Position numbers and translations under genes: made by a program. Source: Spirochaetales bacterium (lineage in GTDB: Bacteria > Spirochaetota > Spirochaetia > JABEVK01). Taken from it: a DNA stretch of 64,000 nucleotides. The stretch spans positions 128,001 through 192,000 of the forward strand of contig JBAXAI010000001.1 of NCBI GenBank assembly GCA_037142615.1. The letters run 5' to 3'. The notes below the pieces were generated by a model. That model ran no database searches. It was given only the letters and a program-made list of their open reading frames with translations, and was not told the DNA's origin. Of this stretch, positions 54,865 through 64,000 are shown piece by piece; within the stretch, counting starts at the first letter, position 1; each line of letters starts with the position of its first letter.

Positions 54865-57800
54865 AACCCCTCCCTGAGTTGATCCTCCTAGGGGTGGCAA
54901 CCTTGCTCGTCGGCCCCTTGTTCGGCGTGACGGCCGATTTGGCGCTTTCACCCGAGCCTGCTCCAGGGGTCTTCGCCGAACCGGTCACCATTGTCTTGCC
55001 CCAGGTTCCTGGACTCACCGTCGAGTACCGTTTCCTCGACGCCGAGGAACGTTTTTTGCCGTGGACCGATCCGCTGCTGCTTTCCGCGCTCCCCGGCGAG
55101 AGCCGCGATTACACCCTTCGTCTCCAGACGAGCAATTCGGCCGGAGAACGCCTGATAAAGGACTTCCGCTACCGAATTGTGCGACCCGCCCCCGCGCTTC
55201 CGTCGGTCCGACCGTCTCCGGGGCTGTGGGAACATCCGGTTCTCATCGAAGCGACCCTGCCCGAAGGGACACGCGCTTCCCTCGATGGCCGATCCGCCAG
55301 TTTCCCTTTGACACTCGAAGGTGTTCCCGGGGAGCGGACCACCTACCGTTTCGATATTCAGCCCGCTTCTGCCAAGGATCCGGCCTATCCACCGTGGGTT
55401 TATGTGGTAGACAGGCGGGGCCAGACCGTGGTTTCACTGGACGTTCTCAGCCCGGTGGCCGGTTCCTGGGCCAACAAACAATTGCTGGCCGTGCATCTGG
55501 AAGGTCTTGAACAAGTGTTCTGGTCCTGGGGCGAGGCTCCCGATGTGGCCCATGCCTCTTTGTATCAGGCGCCCGTCCTCCTCGAAAAAAGTGGCCCGCT
55601 AAGCGTCACCGTTTGGGGAAAGCCCAAGGCCGGCGGTTCTGACGTCGTCAAGACGGTCCGCTGGACGTCAGCCGACAAGACTCTCGGCGCTTCGGGACTT
55701 CCGGAAGCGGGAGTTTGGCGCCAAGACCTCACGCTTCCGGTGAAGTCGGGCTGGCAACTGAGTCTTGACGATGGAAAGACTTGGAGGACGCAGGAAAAAG
55801 AGCGTTTGGAGCCGCTCGTAGCCAGTAGCACCAAGCTTCTGGTTCTTCAGTGGCGAACGCTCACCGATCCGACTGCTTGGCGCGGTCTGTACTGGATGGA
55901 CAACCGCGAGCCCGTACCTCCCGTGGCAGATTATTGGGGCGGCTGGAATCCACGCTTGTCGTTCTCCGGGGCGCCGGACGGTTGGTCGATGGTCGAATGG
56001 ACGGCGGCTAACGGCAGCGTTACGCTGTCGGACGGGCTGTGGGGGCCCTCCGGTTCATGGAAGATCCCTGACGGCGTTGTCGCCGCCACCATTGTGACCC
56101 GTCTGGTCAACGGAAAGCAGTCCAGGTCGGTAGCGAAGTCGTTTCCCGAAAGCGGTTGGATCCGTCCCGAATGGGAACCCTGGGACGCCAAGGGCGTGCT
56201 TGCCGACAAGAAACAGCTGCCGCTCGGCGGACGGGTTCTCCCTCGCGCGGGTTTTCAAGCGGTCTACGAGATCGGAGCGAGCCGCGAAGTTCCCGAACCC
56301 GGGCGCGCGTCACCGCTCTTGGCTGGACCTCTGTTGCCCCAAGTTCCGCTCGGTTCCGACAGAACCACCTATGTTCGCTTTGCCTGGCGGGACGAATCCG
56401 GTACGGTCGGCCCCCCCACTGCGGCCATTCCTCTGAGAATCGACCATCTTCCACCGGCGACACCCACGGTTACTCTCGGCGCAACGCAGGTGCAGATTCA
56501 AGGAGCCGAAGAAGGGCTCGAGTTTCTCTACGCCGTGTCGGCCAAACCCGCTCGTCCAGGTGATTCCTTGGATTTCCTGCCCGGCAAGGGAACTCTCGAC
56601 CGAGCGAAGTTGGTTGGCGGTGGGGCAACTCCTTGGTTGCACGTCCAGGCCAAAGATGCTTCTGGCAACCTCAGCGCTCCGCTGCTCAACGTCTTGGTCG
56701 ACTCAGGATCCGCCGGCCAGGACTGGGGCGGCCTCAGGTTGATCGATGCCAGTTTGCCCGGTGGAGGGGCGCCGCTTGCCAGCGACGCGGTACTTCCCGT
56801 GAACCGTGTGACGTTGGTAGCTGCCAACCCGGACCGCGTGCCGGACCTCTACTGGACCGAAGCGGCCGAGTTGCCGTCGAACTGGGCGGTGGCTTTGGTT
56901 CCGGCGGGTCGCAGCACGGTTCTGGGGATTGCCCCCGGCGAGCGGAAAACCTTTTCGACCTGGTGGAACTCCAAGACCGCTACGGGTTGGTTGTGGGATA
57001 CCCCCCGCCACGTCGTTTTCACTCTTGACCAGGCGGCACCCCAGCTTCCGCGCGTAACGCTGTCGACCCAGGGCAAAGTCGTTCGGGATACCTGGACGGC
57101 GACTGCTGCGATAGGGCAGGCCGGTGACAGGCTGACCTATACTTTGACCAAGGATGGCACCCCGGCAGAGGACCCCACGAGTTGGAGGGCCCTCCCTTGG
57201 CCCGGCACGCTGACCCTTGATGTTCCCGATGGCCAACGGGCCACCTTTCGCTGGCGGTTGGCTGCTACCTCGGTGTCTGGATTGAGTCGCGAGTGGCCAA
57301 CCGGTGAACCAGTTGTCATTGACCGGACAACGCCTCCTACCGTAACCCCTTCTCTGGATTTCTTTACTTATCAGACCGCACCTCTCAGGGTTGAACTCCC
57401 GCATCCAGCCTCGCTCTTGCGAATGACCACCACATTGGATGGGTCTGTTCCGTCGCTGCCGGACTCCTCGTCGCCACTCGTGGGGAACGCAGCCGATTTC
57501 AACGGTGTCGCCGGCCAGCAGACCCTTTACCGTTTTCGTGTGAGGCCTTTCTCCCAATCGGGAACTCCCGGTTCCAGCAGCGACGTCTACACGGTTCTTG
57601 TGGACCTCAGTCAGGCCCCTGTGAGCACCGCTTTGGCAGGCGAGGCGAATGCCACCTTTACGCTGACGGGAGTGCCCGAGGGGGGGCTGAGTTCGGCGCC
57701 GCTCCAACTGAGCCTCTCTGCCGCCTGGGGAACGCTCCACTACGAGTTGGCTGAAGGGGGTCCGAGTCCTCACGGCGTCGAGGCCTTCTCTCCCGTATTT

Positions 57801-59387
57801 CCTGGAAAGCTCGAATTGACTGGTTCCGAAGGTGCGGACCGCCGTTACGTGCTGGCGGTACGGAGTTTCTCGACCGACGGGCGTCCCTTGACGCCGGAAG
57901 CCCGCTGGCAGTTCCGGATTGACCGGAGCCCACCGGAGCCGGCCGAGTTCACGCTGAAGGCTGATTCCCGTCGACCCGAGGCGCTCGTTGTCCTTCCTGT
58001 CGAGGAGCGAGCTTCCGACGAGACCGTTTTGTACCGTTGGCAGTGGAAGTCCTTTCCCCAGGGTGAAGGCCAAACCGACTGGAAGCCTGTCAACAAGGAC
58101 GAGCTCCGCTTTGTCAGCCCCGACGACAAACTGACCACTCTGACCGTCGAAACCTCTGTCAAGGATCTGGCGGGAAACACAAGCGAGCTTCGGCGTCGCA
58201 CGGTCATTATCGACCGGAATGTGGCCTACGTTGACCCGGCTGCGCCAACGACGGGAGATGGCAGCCGCGAGAAACCCGCCGCGAGTTTGGCCATCGCTGT
58301 GGCGAAAATGCGTCGGGAGGGTCGCCGTGTGCTTCTTCTGGCGACAGGGAGTACCCTCGTCGCCTCGCCCCAGGATGTCTCCGGCTTCTCTATTTGGGGT
58401 GGACTTCAAAGTGGTGTCTGGGAAACCACAGCTCAACCGGGGCATTCTACCTTGACTGTCGCCAGGGGTTTTGCCGGCAAGACGCTCCTGGAAAGCTACG
58501 CTGGCGCGCTCGACTTGCATCGTCTGGATTTCTCCAATCCGAGTGAGCCGCTGGAGACTCTTGTCAACAGTCAGAACAGCCGGGTGATCCTGGATCAGGC
58601 TTCCTGGCAGTCGAGCTCGGCCTCGATCGGCTGGCGGCAGACCGGAGGCAGTTTGCAGGTCTCAGGGATGACAGCCTTGCTGGACGGTTCCAAACAGGGC
58701 GGTCTCTTTCACCTGACCGATGTCGATGCCAGCATCCGCGATGTCCGCTGGACAAGTCAGGGGAGCCTGGACAGCCGGTTTGTTTCGTTGCTGCGTTCGA
58801 AATTGCTGCTGACCGGAGTTTCCGCCGTAACCCGCAAGAACGAGGGCATGGAAACTTTTCTCTGGGCACAGGATAGCGAGGTGACAGCCACCGCGCTCAA
58901 GATCCTCGCCGGTGACGGTAGCGCCTGGTGTACCGGCTTTGTGCTCAATCATACGACGGCAACGCTGGCAAACTTGGCCATGAACCTCTACGCCTCGCGG
59001 GGCAATACTGGTTTCCAGTTGGCCAACAGCCAGGTCGACCTGCAAAAAGTAACGCTGGAAGTTCAAAGTGGCCAAGAGTTCAACCAAGGGCTCCGTCTGC
59101 AGGACTCGCGCCTTTCGATGTGGGAAAGCAGCATCCAGATTGATGCAGGAAGCTATCAGGGGGGCCTGAGCCTCAACGGTGGGCAGTTGGAACTCGGTGC
59201 ATCCCGCGTTGCCTTGACCGGCGGAGGACAACAAGCCTTCGGGTTGCAGACCTTGGCCGATTGTCTGGTAAAGCTCACCGGCGTGACCTGGGCCCTCGAA
59301 AAGAAGACCGCAGGGAAAGGCATCCTCAAGGAACGCGAGTGGGCAACCGGATCGCAGGACCTTGACAGCCGCGTCAGCGGCTGGTAG
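54861..59387 (+). CDS. 1508-aa exported protein with Fn3/chitobiase-C-like Ig repeats and C-terminal beta-helix
   Basis: Signal peptide; repeats with YTL.DG.P-like cores ending IDR..P; YVDPAAPTTGDGSREKP (DUF1565-like) preceding beta-helix-like repeats. Confidence 0.7.
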   Translation: MKPLPELILLGVATLLVGPLFGVTADLALSPEPAPGVFAEPVTIVLPQVPGLTVEYRFLDAEERFLPWTDPLLLSALPGESRDYTLRLQTSNSAGERLIKDFRYRIVRPAPALPSVRPSPGLWEHPVLIEATLPEGTRASLDGRSASFPLTLEGVPGERTTYRFDIQPASAKDPAYPPWVYVVDRRGQTVVSLDVLSPVAGSWANKQLLAVHLEGLEQVFWSWGEAPDVAHASLYQAPVLLEKSGPLSVTVWGKPKAGGSDVVKTVRWTSADKTLGASGLPEAGVWRQDLTLPVKSGWQLSLDDGKTWRTQEKERLEPLVASSTKLLVLQWRTLTDPTAWRGLYWMDNREPVPPVADYWGGWNPRLSFSGAPDGWSMVEWTAANGSVTLSDGLWGPSGSWKIPDGVVAATIVTRLVNGKQSRSVAKSFPESGWIRPEWEPWDAKGVLADKKQLPLGGRVLPRAGFQAVYEIGASREVPEPGRASPLLAGPLLPQVPLGSDRTTYVRFAWRDESGTVGPPTAAIPLRIDHLPPATPTVTLGATQVQIQGAEEGLEFLYAVSAKPARPGDSLDFLPGKGTLDRAKLVGGGATPWLHVQAKDASGNLSAPLLNVLVDSGSAGQDWGGLRLIDASLPGGGAPLASDAVLPVNRVTLVAANPDRVPDLYWTEAAELPSNWAVALVPAGRSTVLGIAPGERKTFSTWWNSKTATGWLWDTPRHVVFTLDQAAPQLPRVTLSTQGKVVRDTWTATAAIGQAGDRLTYTLTKDGTPAEDPTSWRALPWPGTLTLDVPDGQRATFRWRLAATSVSGLSREWPTGEPVVIDRTTPPTVTPSLDFFTYQTAPLRVELPHPASLLRMTTTLDGSVPSLPDSSSPLVGNAADFNGVAGQQTLYRFRVRPFSQSGTPGSSSDVYTVLVDLSQAPVSTALAGEANATFTLTGVPEGGLSSAPLQLSLSAAWGTLHYELAEGGPSPHGVEAFSPVFPGKLELTGSEGADRRYVLAVRSFSTDGRPLTPEARWQFRIDRSPPEPAEFTLKADSRRPEALVVLPVEERASDETVLYRWQWKSFPQGEGQTDWKPVNKDELRFVSPDDKLTTLTVETSVKDLAGNTSELRRRTVIIDRNVAYVDPAAPTTGDGSREKPAASLAIAVAKMRREGRRVLLLATGSTLVASPQDVSGFSIWGGLQSGVWETTAQPGHSTLTVARGFAGKTLLESYAGALDLHRLDFSNPSEPLETLVNSQNSRVILDQASWQSSSASIGWRQTGGSLQVSGMTALLDGSKQGGLFHLTDVDASIRDVRWTSQGSLDSRFVSLLRSKLLLTGVSAVTRKNEGMETFLWAQDSEVTATALKILAGDGSAWCTGFVLNHTTATLANLAMNLYASRGNTGFQLANSQVDLQKVTLEVQSGQEFNQGLRLQDSRLSMWESSIQIDAGSYQGGLSLNGGQLELGASRVALTGGGQQAFGLQTLADCLVKLTGVTWALEKKTAGKGILKEREWATGSQDLDSRVSGW

Positions 59388-59391
59388 CAAC

Positions 59392-60093
59392 TCAGGCCTT
59401 GTTGAAGAGTTTTTCGCCCTCGACCAGAATGCCGAGAACTTCTTGCTTTTTGGCGTTGGTCAGGCGCGTGACAAATTCGCCTTCCCGAAGAATCTGGTTG
59501 AGCTTGGCCAACACGCGCAGGTGCACTACCTCGCTGTCCGATACTAGCAGGAAGAAGAGGTGTGTCAGCTTTCCGTCCATGGCCTCATAGTCGGTACCGG
59601 CCTTGCAGATTCCGATCACCATGCGTGGAACTCCACCGGGGTTCTCTTTGGGGTGCCGAAGGTGAGGGATAGCGACGCCACGGCCTATCCCCGTGGTCAC
59701 CATCTTTTCGCGGGTGAGAAGCTTGCGCAAGAACTCATCCGAGTCCTCGATGAGCTCCTGTTCCACCAGGGGAACGATGAGCTGGGCCAGGATTTCTTTT
59801 TTGGTGCCAGGCTTGACGTTGTCGACGATGAACTCTTCGGTGGTGATGCGAGTGAAGGGGATCAGTCCTTCCGGGTTCTCGAGCACCTTGGCAAGATCAT
59901 TTTGCGGGACAACATTCATCCGTGAAATCAGCCAGTCGTCGATCATTGACTTCATAAAACGCCACTGGCTAGCAACCTTGGTGCAGGGGATCTCTCCCCG
60001 GGTAATCATGCGGGAGACGGTCTTTTCGGCAATCTTCAGGTAGTTTGCTACTTCCGACAAAGTCATGATCTCATTGTCTACCGAGTCACTCAT
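59392..60093 (-). CDS. Excisionase-like HTH fused to a PTS EIIA (Ntr/fructose-type) domain
   Basis: MTLSEVANYLKIAEKTVSRM..GEIPCTKVASQWRF; REKMVTTGIGRGVAIPH. Confidence 0.9.
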   Translation of the reverse strand: MSDSVDNEIMTLSEVANYLKIAEKTVSRMITRGEIPCTKVASQWRFMKSMIDDWLISRMNVVPQNDLAKVLENPEGLIPFTRITTEEFIVDNVKPGTKKEILAQLIVPLVEQELIEDSDEFLRKLLTREKMVTTGIGRGVAIPHLRHPKENPGGVPRMVIGICKAGTDYEAMDGKLTHLFFLLVSDSEVVHLRVLAKLNQILREGEFVTRLTNAKKQEVLGILVEGEKLFNKA

Positions 60094-60111
60094 GATCCAC
60101 CTCGTCTGTCT

Positions 60112-60139
60112 ATTATAGTCCAAGCCGTTCTGTTGTCAA
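60112..60139 (-). promoter_or_regulatory. Consensus sigma70 promoter of the HTH-EIIA gene
   Basis: TTGACA-16-TATAAT on the minus strand; GAGGTG SD downstream. Confidence 0.75.
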
Positions 60140-60639
60140 CCGCTGATGGGGGTCATAGGCCGTTCGTGTACGCGCACATCGGCTTCGAGCATTGCGTCCT
60201 CGTTGAACACAAAATGGGCCTCGACGCGCTTTCCAGCCAAGCAAGGCGGCAGCCAAAGCGCGTCATCCTTCCACATGTTCTGCCAAGGAATCGAGTCCAC
60301 TGGACACCAGAAGGGTGCAGCCTCTTCGGTTTCCATCGGGTCACCAAGAGGCTCACCGGCAAAGTAGGCCTTCACCTCAAGTTCGTAGCCGTCGAGAAAC
60401 CGGAAGCTCAGATCGGCGACTTCCACAAGAGTTTCGGCTGAGACCAACGTACCGGTTTCTTCCTTGAGCTCCCTCGCCGCAGCGTCGGGCCAGCTTTCTC
60501 CGGTCTCCAGCCTTCCCCCGGGGGCGTTGACCTTGCCCACGCCGAGTCCACGCTTCTTATGGATCAGCAGAATCTCGGGAGGTCGACCGTCCTGCTGGCG
60601 GAAAGCCCACACGAGTGAGGCCTTCTCGGTCACTTCCAA
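60136..60639 (-). CDS. 8-oxo-dGTP diphosphatase, MTH1-like Nudix hydrolase
   Basis: KKRGLGVGKVNAPGGRLE..AARELKEETG, ETEEAAPFW, MWKDD. Confidence 0.9.
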   Translation of the reverse strand: MEVTEKASLVWAFRQQDGRPPEILLIHKKRGLGVGKVNAPGGRLETGESWPDAAARELKEETGTLVSAETLVEVADLSFRFLDGYELEVKAYFAGEPLGDPMETEEAAPFWCPVDSIPWQNMWKDDALWLPPCLAGKRVEAHFVFNEDAMLEADVRVHERPMTPISG

Positions 60640-61838
60640 GACTCCAGCGTCAGGACGGGGTGGGGCGGGCTTGCCGCCGGCCAGGAAAATACCTCGGACT
60701 CAAACTCCGTGGCCGGCTGAAGGGCCACGTGGCCTCCCGAGGGCAACTCGGCCCTGTATTCGGAAAGCACAGGAAGCGAAAGCGTCTTGAGGCGTCTGCC
60801 GTCGGCATCGTACCAGTCCAGCCTCAGCTTGAGCGCCTGGAAACTCTTCAGCCCGGTGTTACGAAACTCCAGCGAAAGCAGATTGACCTGGCTAGCGAAG
60901 CGCTGCTTCCATTCGGACGAAACCTGATAGACTTGAAACTCGTGGCCCCCCGTGAGCGACTGTTTTCCGGCGACCGGCAGCTGAATCAGGGTCTTGGGAT
61001 CGGTATTGGCTGCCTCCATCGCGACAGTCTGGATAAGAATGGAATCGGCGCGCTCCCCCCACGAAACCGCATCGAACTGACGATCGTACTGCCAGCCTTG
61101 CCCAGCTTCGAGAGGGGCTTCCCGCTTCGCACGGAGTTCCAGATCCTCCTGGTGAACAACGGCCCCGGTCGTGTCCATCACGATGAACTTGGCCGACCAA
61201 GCTTGAACGCGCGAGTTCGGAAACTCCAGCAAAACGTGCAACCCGAGAACTTCTGACTCCGCGTAGACTTGCAGCTGGGCCTCCAAACGGGTCGTTTGGA
61301 ACTTCACCCCTTGGGTATCGAGGGTTACTTTGAGGTCGCGGTTGCTTTGACTGACAACCGGCGGCGCGGTAAGCCCAGCCGGGGCAGACCAAGGGGACCA
61401 CCAAAACAGCGCCAGCACCGAGAGAACAACCAGCAGCGCGCCACCAAGGAGTGCGAGCCAAAGCCAAGGAACCTTCGTTTGCGACTTGGCACGACCCAGG
61501 GCAGTGAGCCGCTCGCGCAGGGCGGCAAGGTCATCGGCAATCCAAGGCCGACTGTTCAGGTGCTTGTCAACGGCGGCGCGAAACTCCAAATCGAAGGGCG
61601 CCAGCAGCAGTGCTTGGAGGGCTTCAAAGACGAACTCGTCGTCCAGTTTAGCCTCGGCGGCCCTCAACGCGCGGGCCTTGTGACCTGCAACCTGCTTTTG
61701 GTACAGCGCTAGATCATCCGGAGTCAATTCGGCGGCTTCGAGCAACGCCTCCCAATCGGCGGGTTTGGGAACCTCACCAGGGGGCGTCTCTTTCCGTTCG
61801 CGGAGGAAATCCCTCAGGCGGTCACCCTTGGCAGACAT
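60630..61838 (-). CDS. Single-pass membrane hypothetical protein
   Basis: Helical N-terminus, central TM WLWLALLGGALLVVLSVLALFWW, beta-rich C-terminal domains. Confidence 0.65.
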   Translation of the reverse strand: MSAKGDRLRDFLRERKETPPGEVPKPADWEALLEAAELTPDDLALYQKQVAGHKARALRAAEAKLDDEFVFEALQALLLAPFDLEFRAAVDKHLNSRPWIADDLAALRERLTALGRAKSQTKVPWLWLALLGGALLVVLSVLALFWWSPWSAPAGLTAPPVVSQSNRDLKVTLDTQGVKFQTTRLEAQLQVYAESEVLGLHVLLEFPNSRVQAWSAKFIVMDTTGAVVHQEDLELRAKREAPLEAGQGWQYDRQFDAVSWGERADSILIQTVAMEAANTDPKTLIQLPVAGKQSLTGGHEFQVYQVSSEWKQRFASQVNLLSLEFRNTGLKSFQALKLRLDWYDADGRRLKTLSLPVLSEYRAELPSGGHVALQPATEFESEVFSWPAASPPHPVLTLESWK

Positions 61839-61840
61839 GT

Positions 61841-62179
61841 TCAGGTGCCCTTGGGTTCAGGTTCGCCGGTCTCTTTTTTGCGTTGCTGGCCAACCTTTTC
61901 GAGGAGCCAACGGCCAAAGTTCTCGGCATTTTCGGCCGTCATGACCACACCGAACAGTGCCTCGCGGGTGATCGGCGACGTGGCCGGTGATCGGCTCGTT
62001 TCAGGGCCCAGACCATCGGGGGTAGCCATATAGGTAATCTCTTCGGGCATGTCAACATGCTCAAAGAACAGATCAAACTTGAGTTCACCACGAGGAGTCA
62101 TGCCACCCCAAGCACCGTTCGCCAGCACGAGCCGATAGTCGGGACTCTTTTCAAAACGGAAAGTAATTTCCTTATCCAC
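61841..62179 (-). CDS. Small conserved hypothetical protein (DUF3467-like)
   Basis: KSPDYRLVLANGAWGGMTPRGELKFDLFFE..VVMTAENAENFGRWL pattern. Confidence 0.65.
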   Translation of the reverse strand: MDKEITFRFEKSPDYRLVLANGAWGGMTPRGELKFDLFFEHVDMPEEITYMATPDGLGPETSRSPATSPITREALFGVVMTAENAENFGRWLLEKVGQQRKKETGEPEPKGT

Positions 62180-62185
62180 CGTTTT

Positions 62186-62214
62186 AGGTTAACATTAAAC
62201 CGGATTCCCTTCAA
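62186..62214 (-). promoter_or_regulatory. Sigma70-like promoter, probably leaderless, for the 62179 gene
   Basis: TTGAAG-17-TAACCT (extended TG)-6 nt-GTG. Confidence 0.5.
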
Positions 62215-62227
62215 GGAGGCAGAAGGT

Positions 62228-63139
62228 TTGGACCTGCTTGTGCTGTACACGGACCGTCGGACCGACGACTTTCAGCAACTTGAGCGCCGTTTGTCGTCAT
62301 TGGAAATCACCAGTCACGGCCTTCCTGTTGCTTCACATTGGTCGGTGAACGATTCAGAGGATGTGTTGTTCCAGCTCAAGGAGCATAGCCACTACCTTTT
62401 TCTGCTGGGAGAGGACGAACTCGCCCACCCGATGTTTATTTTTGCATCGGGGTACTTTCTGGCCTTGGGCGAGCGCTCGTTTATCTGGGAATCCGGAAAG
62501 GCGTCTTTCCCCGGGTTCTGGGGCAATACCATCTTCATCAGCAGAGCCCTGGACGATTTACTGGCCCGTCTGATCGCAGAGAAACAGCGGTGGAAGGACT
62601 TCCTGGAGCGCCTGGAAGCCAAGGGGCAGTTGCTTGAGCGGGGCTTTGAAGTCACTCCCTCGGCCCTGTTTGAGACCGTCGAAAAGGGCGACACGACCTC
62701 GGTCGAGTTGTTCCTCAAGGCGGGGTTCACTCCGGACCAGACAAACAAGAAGGGCGTCTCCTTGTTGGGACTCGCCATCCGTTTCAGCCACTTGTCGGTT
62801 TTGAGGCTACTCTTGCAATGGGGTGCAGACATCAACCTCCGCAGCCGCGATCGCGACAATACCCCCGTAATGGATGCCGCCGCCGAGGGCCATCTGGAAA
62901 TGCTGCAGGAACTCATCCAGAAGGGGGCCGATTTGGCGGGTCAAAGCCGCAACGGACAGAATGCGCTCGTCTTGGCCATCGGGAAGGGTGCAGACGCGGT
63001 CTCCCGCGTCCTGCTCGAAGCGGGTGCAGATCCGTTTGTCGATGACAAACTTGGCATGAGCGCTCTCAAATACGCCCAAATGTTTGGTCGCAAAGAGATC
63101 GTCGAAATGGTCTCCACCATGTATCCCGGACGAATGTAG
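62228..63139 (+). CDS. Ankyrin-repeat protein with N-terminal TIR-like domain
   Basis: About four ankyrin repeats (GADIN, TPVMDAAAEGH, GADP); TTG start after AAGGAGG. Confidence 0.85.
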   Translation: MDLLVLYTDRRTDDFQQLERRLSSLEITSHGLPVASHWSVNDSEDVLFQLKEHSHYLFLLGEDELAHPMFIFASGYFLALGERSFIWESGKASFPGFWGNTIFISRALDDLLARLIAEKQRWKDFLERLEAKGQLLERGFEVTPSALFETVEKGDTTSVELFLKAGFTPDQTNKKGVSLLGLAIRFSHLSVLRLLLQWGADINLRSRDRDNTPVMDAAAEGHLEMLQELIQKGADLAGQSRNGQNALVLAIGKGADAVSRVLLEAGADPFVDDKLGMSALKYAQMFGRKEIVEMVSTMYPGRM

Positions 63140-63149
63140 AGCCCGGACG

Positions 63150-63998
63150 CTATTGCAGTTTCTGGCTGGCTTCCATCTGGGCCTGCAACTCGAGAGCCTT
63201 GGCCGCCGTATCGCGCATTTCTTTGGCAGGCAAAAAGTTGGGTAAAACCTGTAGGGCTTTGTCCCACTGGAAAATTGCCTGGTCAAGGTTGCCCTTGGCG
63301 TAAAACTCCAAGCCGGCCAGGTAGTATTCCCTGGCAGAGGTTTCGCGGTCCTGACGTCCCAGGTCACCGAGGTTCATCTTGACCTCGATGCTGACCCGGT
63401 CGAAGGGGGTAAGCGTTGTCATCAAGTCGACGGTGTAGTTGAAGTTCATCGTCAAGGAGTCGATCAGGATGGTTGCTCCCGCCGACAGCCGGGGACTGCC
63501 GGAACGGAAGTTCAGACCCGCCTGGACACCAAGGTTTTCCAAGAGTGCCCAATTGAAGCCGACCGCCTCCGAAATAGCCTCGGCGTTGTTGAAATCCAGC
63601 CCAATCGGCCAGGTAAAGTAAAACGGCAGGTTGGTATCGAAAGAGAAGGTCATCGGCTTGATGGGACTGTAGGCCAGTCCGACCACCAGAGAAGTTGGTA
63701 GGGGGTCCCCGCCAACTGGCAAACCGAGGTTCTTCATGGTGAGAGCCAGCGCCAGATTATTTTCGCGCGAGTAGTAGAACTTGAGGAAGTTGACCTTGGT
63801 AACCGCGCCGAGATCGAAAAGCAAGGTGCTGGCGGACTGTCCCTGCGCAATGCTTTCGGGAACGCTCCGCGAGGCAAACTTGACGTTGCCGCCGACGGTC
63901 ACTCCGTTGAAATAAAACGTGTGCAGAAGGTTGTAGGCGAGGTTGGCCGTACCGATAAACTCCGTATAGTAGCCTTTGGCGGTTTCTGTCGACCACGA
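63150..63998 (-). CDS. UPF0164/FadL-like outer-membrane protein with C-terminal TPR (5'-truncated by window edge)
   Basis: Frame open to the window end (GYYTEFIGTANLAYNLL..GGNVKF); amphipathic beta strands; NLGDLGR then TPR YYLAGLEFYAKG. Confidence 0.75.
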   Translation of the reverse strand, partial: SWSTETAKGYYTEFIGTANLAYNLLHTFYFNGVTVGGNVKFASRSVPESIAQGQSASTLLFDLGAVTKVNFLKFYYSRENNLALALTMKNLGLPVGGDPLPTSLVVGLAYSPIKPMTFSFDTNLPFYFTWPIGLDFNNAEAISEAVGFNWALLENLGVQAGLNFRSGSPRLSAGATILIDSLTMNFNYTVDLMTTLTPFDRVSIEVKMNLGDLGRQDRETSAREYYLAGLEFYAKGNLDQAIFQWDKALQVLPNFLPAKEMRDTAAKALELQAQMEASQKLQ

Positions 63999-64000
63999 GT

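Noticed and set aside
59970-60093. Excisionase-like HTH as a prophage remnant
   Set aside because: Fused to PTS EIIA, a known regulator architecture; no phage genes nearby

Overview
A gene-dense, GC-rich (roughly 60% by eye) chromosomal segment with about 53 CDS, almost certainly from a spirochaete (Spirochaetota). The clues are a stand-alone EF-G2-type fusA, a Treponema-type PGK insertion, a UPF0164/FadL-like outer-membrane protein, a long LptD-like protein and FapA. Content is mostly core: translation and ribosome quality control (lepA, fusA2, rlmD-like, rsgA, mutS2, phoH-ybeY, nusB, map), secretion and envelope biogenesis (secA, secG, two SurA/PpiD-like chaperones, HtrA, LptD-like), central carbon metabolism (gap-pgk-tpiA, gpmA, pgi, zwf-opcA) and repair (uvrA, two Nudix enzymes, nnr). 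I saw no rRNA, tRNA, CRISPR array, integrase or transposase, and I cannot demonstrate a complete new multi-gene system. The strongest unexplained signals are four. (1) Sigma70-like promoters sit 6-7 nt upstream of start codons at several divergent gene pairs (secA/lipoprotein, zwf/murI and others), implying leaderless mRNAs. (2) Two or three genes (YkgJ-like after gpmA, phoH, possibly a lipoprotein after mutS2) lack a well-placed ATG/GTG/TTG start. (3) A PilZ protein and an orphan Slr1658/SiaB-like kinase lie in the same run of genes as secA and EF-G2. (4) There is a degenerate TIR-like/ankyrin fusion, a 1508-aa Ig/beta-helix surface protein and a lipid-anchored GH18 chitinase. Family calls come from motif recognition, not database searches.
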